From Hyphomicrobiaceae bacterium (GTDB lineage Bacteria; Pseudomonadota; Alphaproteobacteria; Rhizobiales; Hyphomicrobiaceae), in assembly GCA_022844225.1 (NCBI GenBank), contig JALHMC010000015.1, forward strand, positions 11,297-75,296: 64,000 bases of DNA, in the 5' to 3' direction. The notes below the pieces were generated by a model. It searched no databases. It worked only from the letters and a program-made list of their open reading frames with translations, and had not been told where the DNA came from. This document shows, piece after piece, positions 63,853 to 64,000 of the stretch (its first letter is position 1; each line of letters begins with the position of its first letter). The position numbers and the translations under genes were made by a program.

Positions 63853-64000
63853 ACAAAACTCCACGCACAGAACGGTTCGACACATCGGCCTTTGATCGGG
63901 CCTGCTTGTTCGATGGTGCCAGATTCGTTCAGTCCACCAAGCCACCACATGCGGGGCTGGTTGCTCCGGCAGGAGTCCAAGCCTCCAGAACACCAAGTCA

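Larger units (their letters stand above)
14378..64000. mobile_element. integrative mobilizable/conjugative element (partial; right end outside window)
   Basis: The region carries a tRNA-fragment att candidate and integrase. Transfer functions are relaxase + MobC and a T4CP-like ATPase. It also has ArdC, ParB, ParA, a second tyrosine recombinase, TA and R-M modules. No T4SS mating-pair genes are seen in the window. Confidence 0.7.

Overview
High-GC accessory DNA; the gene content looks alphaproteobacterial (Rhizobiales-like), which is an inference. All family names come from motif reading and memory, because no searches were run.

Left ~14 kb:
- A secreted caspase-PAN protein.
- A frameshifted RloC/PrrC-like AAA_13 ATPase.
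- A decaying rhs locus. A SpvB-type N-terminus is joined by deletion directly to the Rhs core end. Five displaced toxin-CT/immunity cassettes follow, including a 1075-bp near-perfect tandem duplication.
- An isolated GspG pseudopilin / prepilin-peptidase pair.

From 14.38 kb to the window end:
- A 3' fragment of tRNA-Arg(ACG), att-like, sits next to a P4-type integrase. It opens an integrative mobilizable/conjugative element.
- Backbone genes are MobC plus an HxDxxxHxH relaxase, an oriT-like inverted repeat, a VirD4/TraG-like coupling ATPase without TM segments, ArdC, a large ParB-like protein and ParA plus an RHH protein.
- No mating-pair-formation genes are visible in the window.
- Cargo is a ~19 kb redox/oxidative-stress module: msrB-msrA-GST-corA, egtBD, dps, hydrolase-OsmC, RidA, Mo-oxidoreductase plus FNR-like reductase, and MarR/LysR regulators with shared palindromic operators.
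- A more AT-rich defence/addiction patch holds ccdAB, a BcgI-like R-M fusion with a TRD subunit and an Mrr-like nuclease, and a 1312-aa nuclease-like/TPR protein.

Most unusual observations:
1. A five-gene translationally coupled operon (21755-25040). Four of its products start with canonical twin-arginine signal-like N-termini, and one of these is fused to a DnaA-domain-IV-type HTH.
2. A 58-nt conserved leader motif with a covarying GC hairpin, 79-90 nt upstream of three minus-strand backbone genes (a small conserved gene, ardC and parB).
3. The 1312-aa nuclease-TPR protein.
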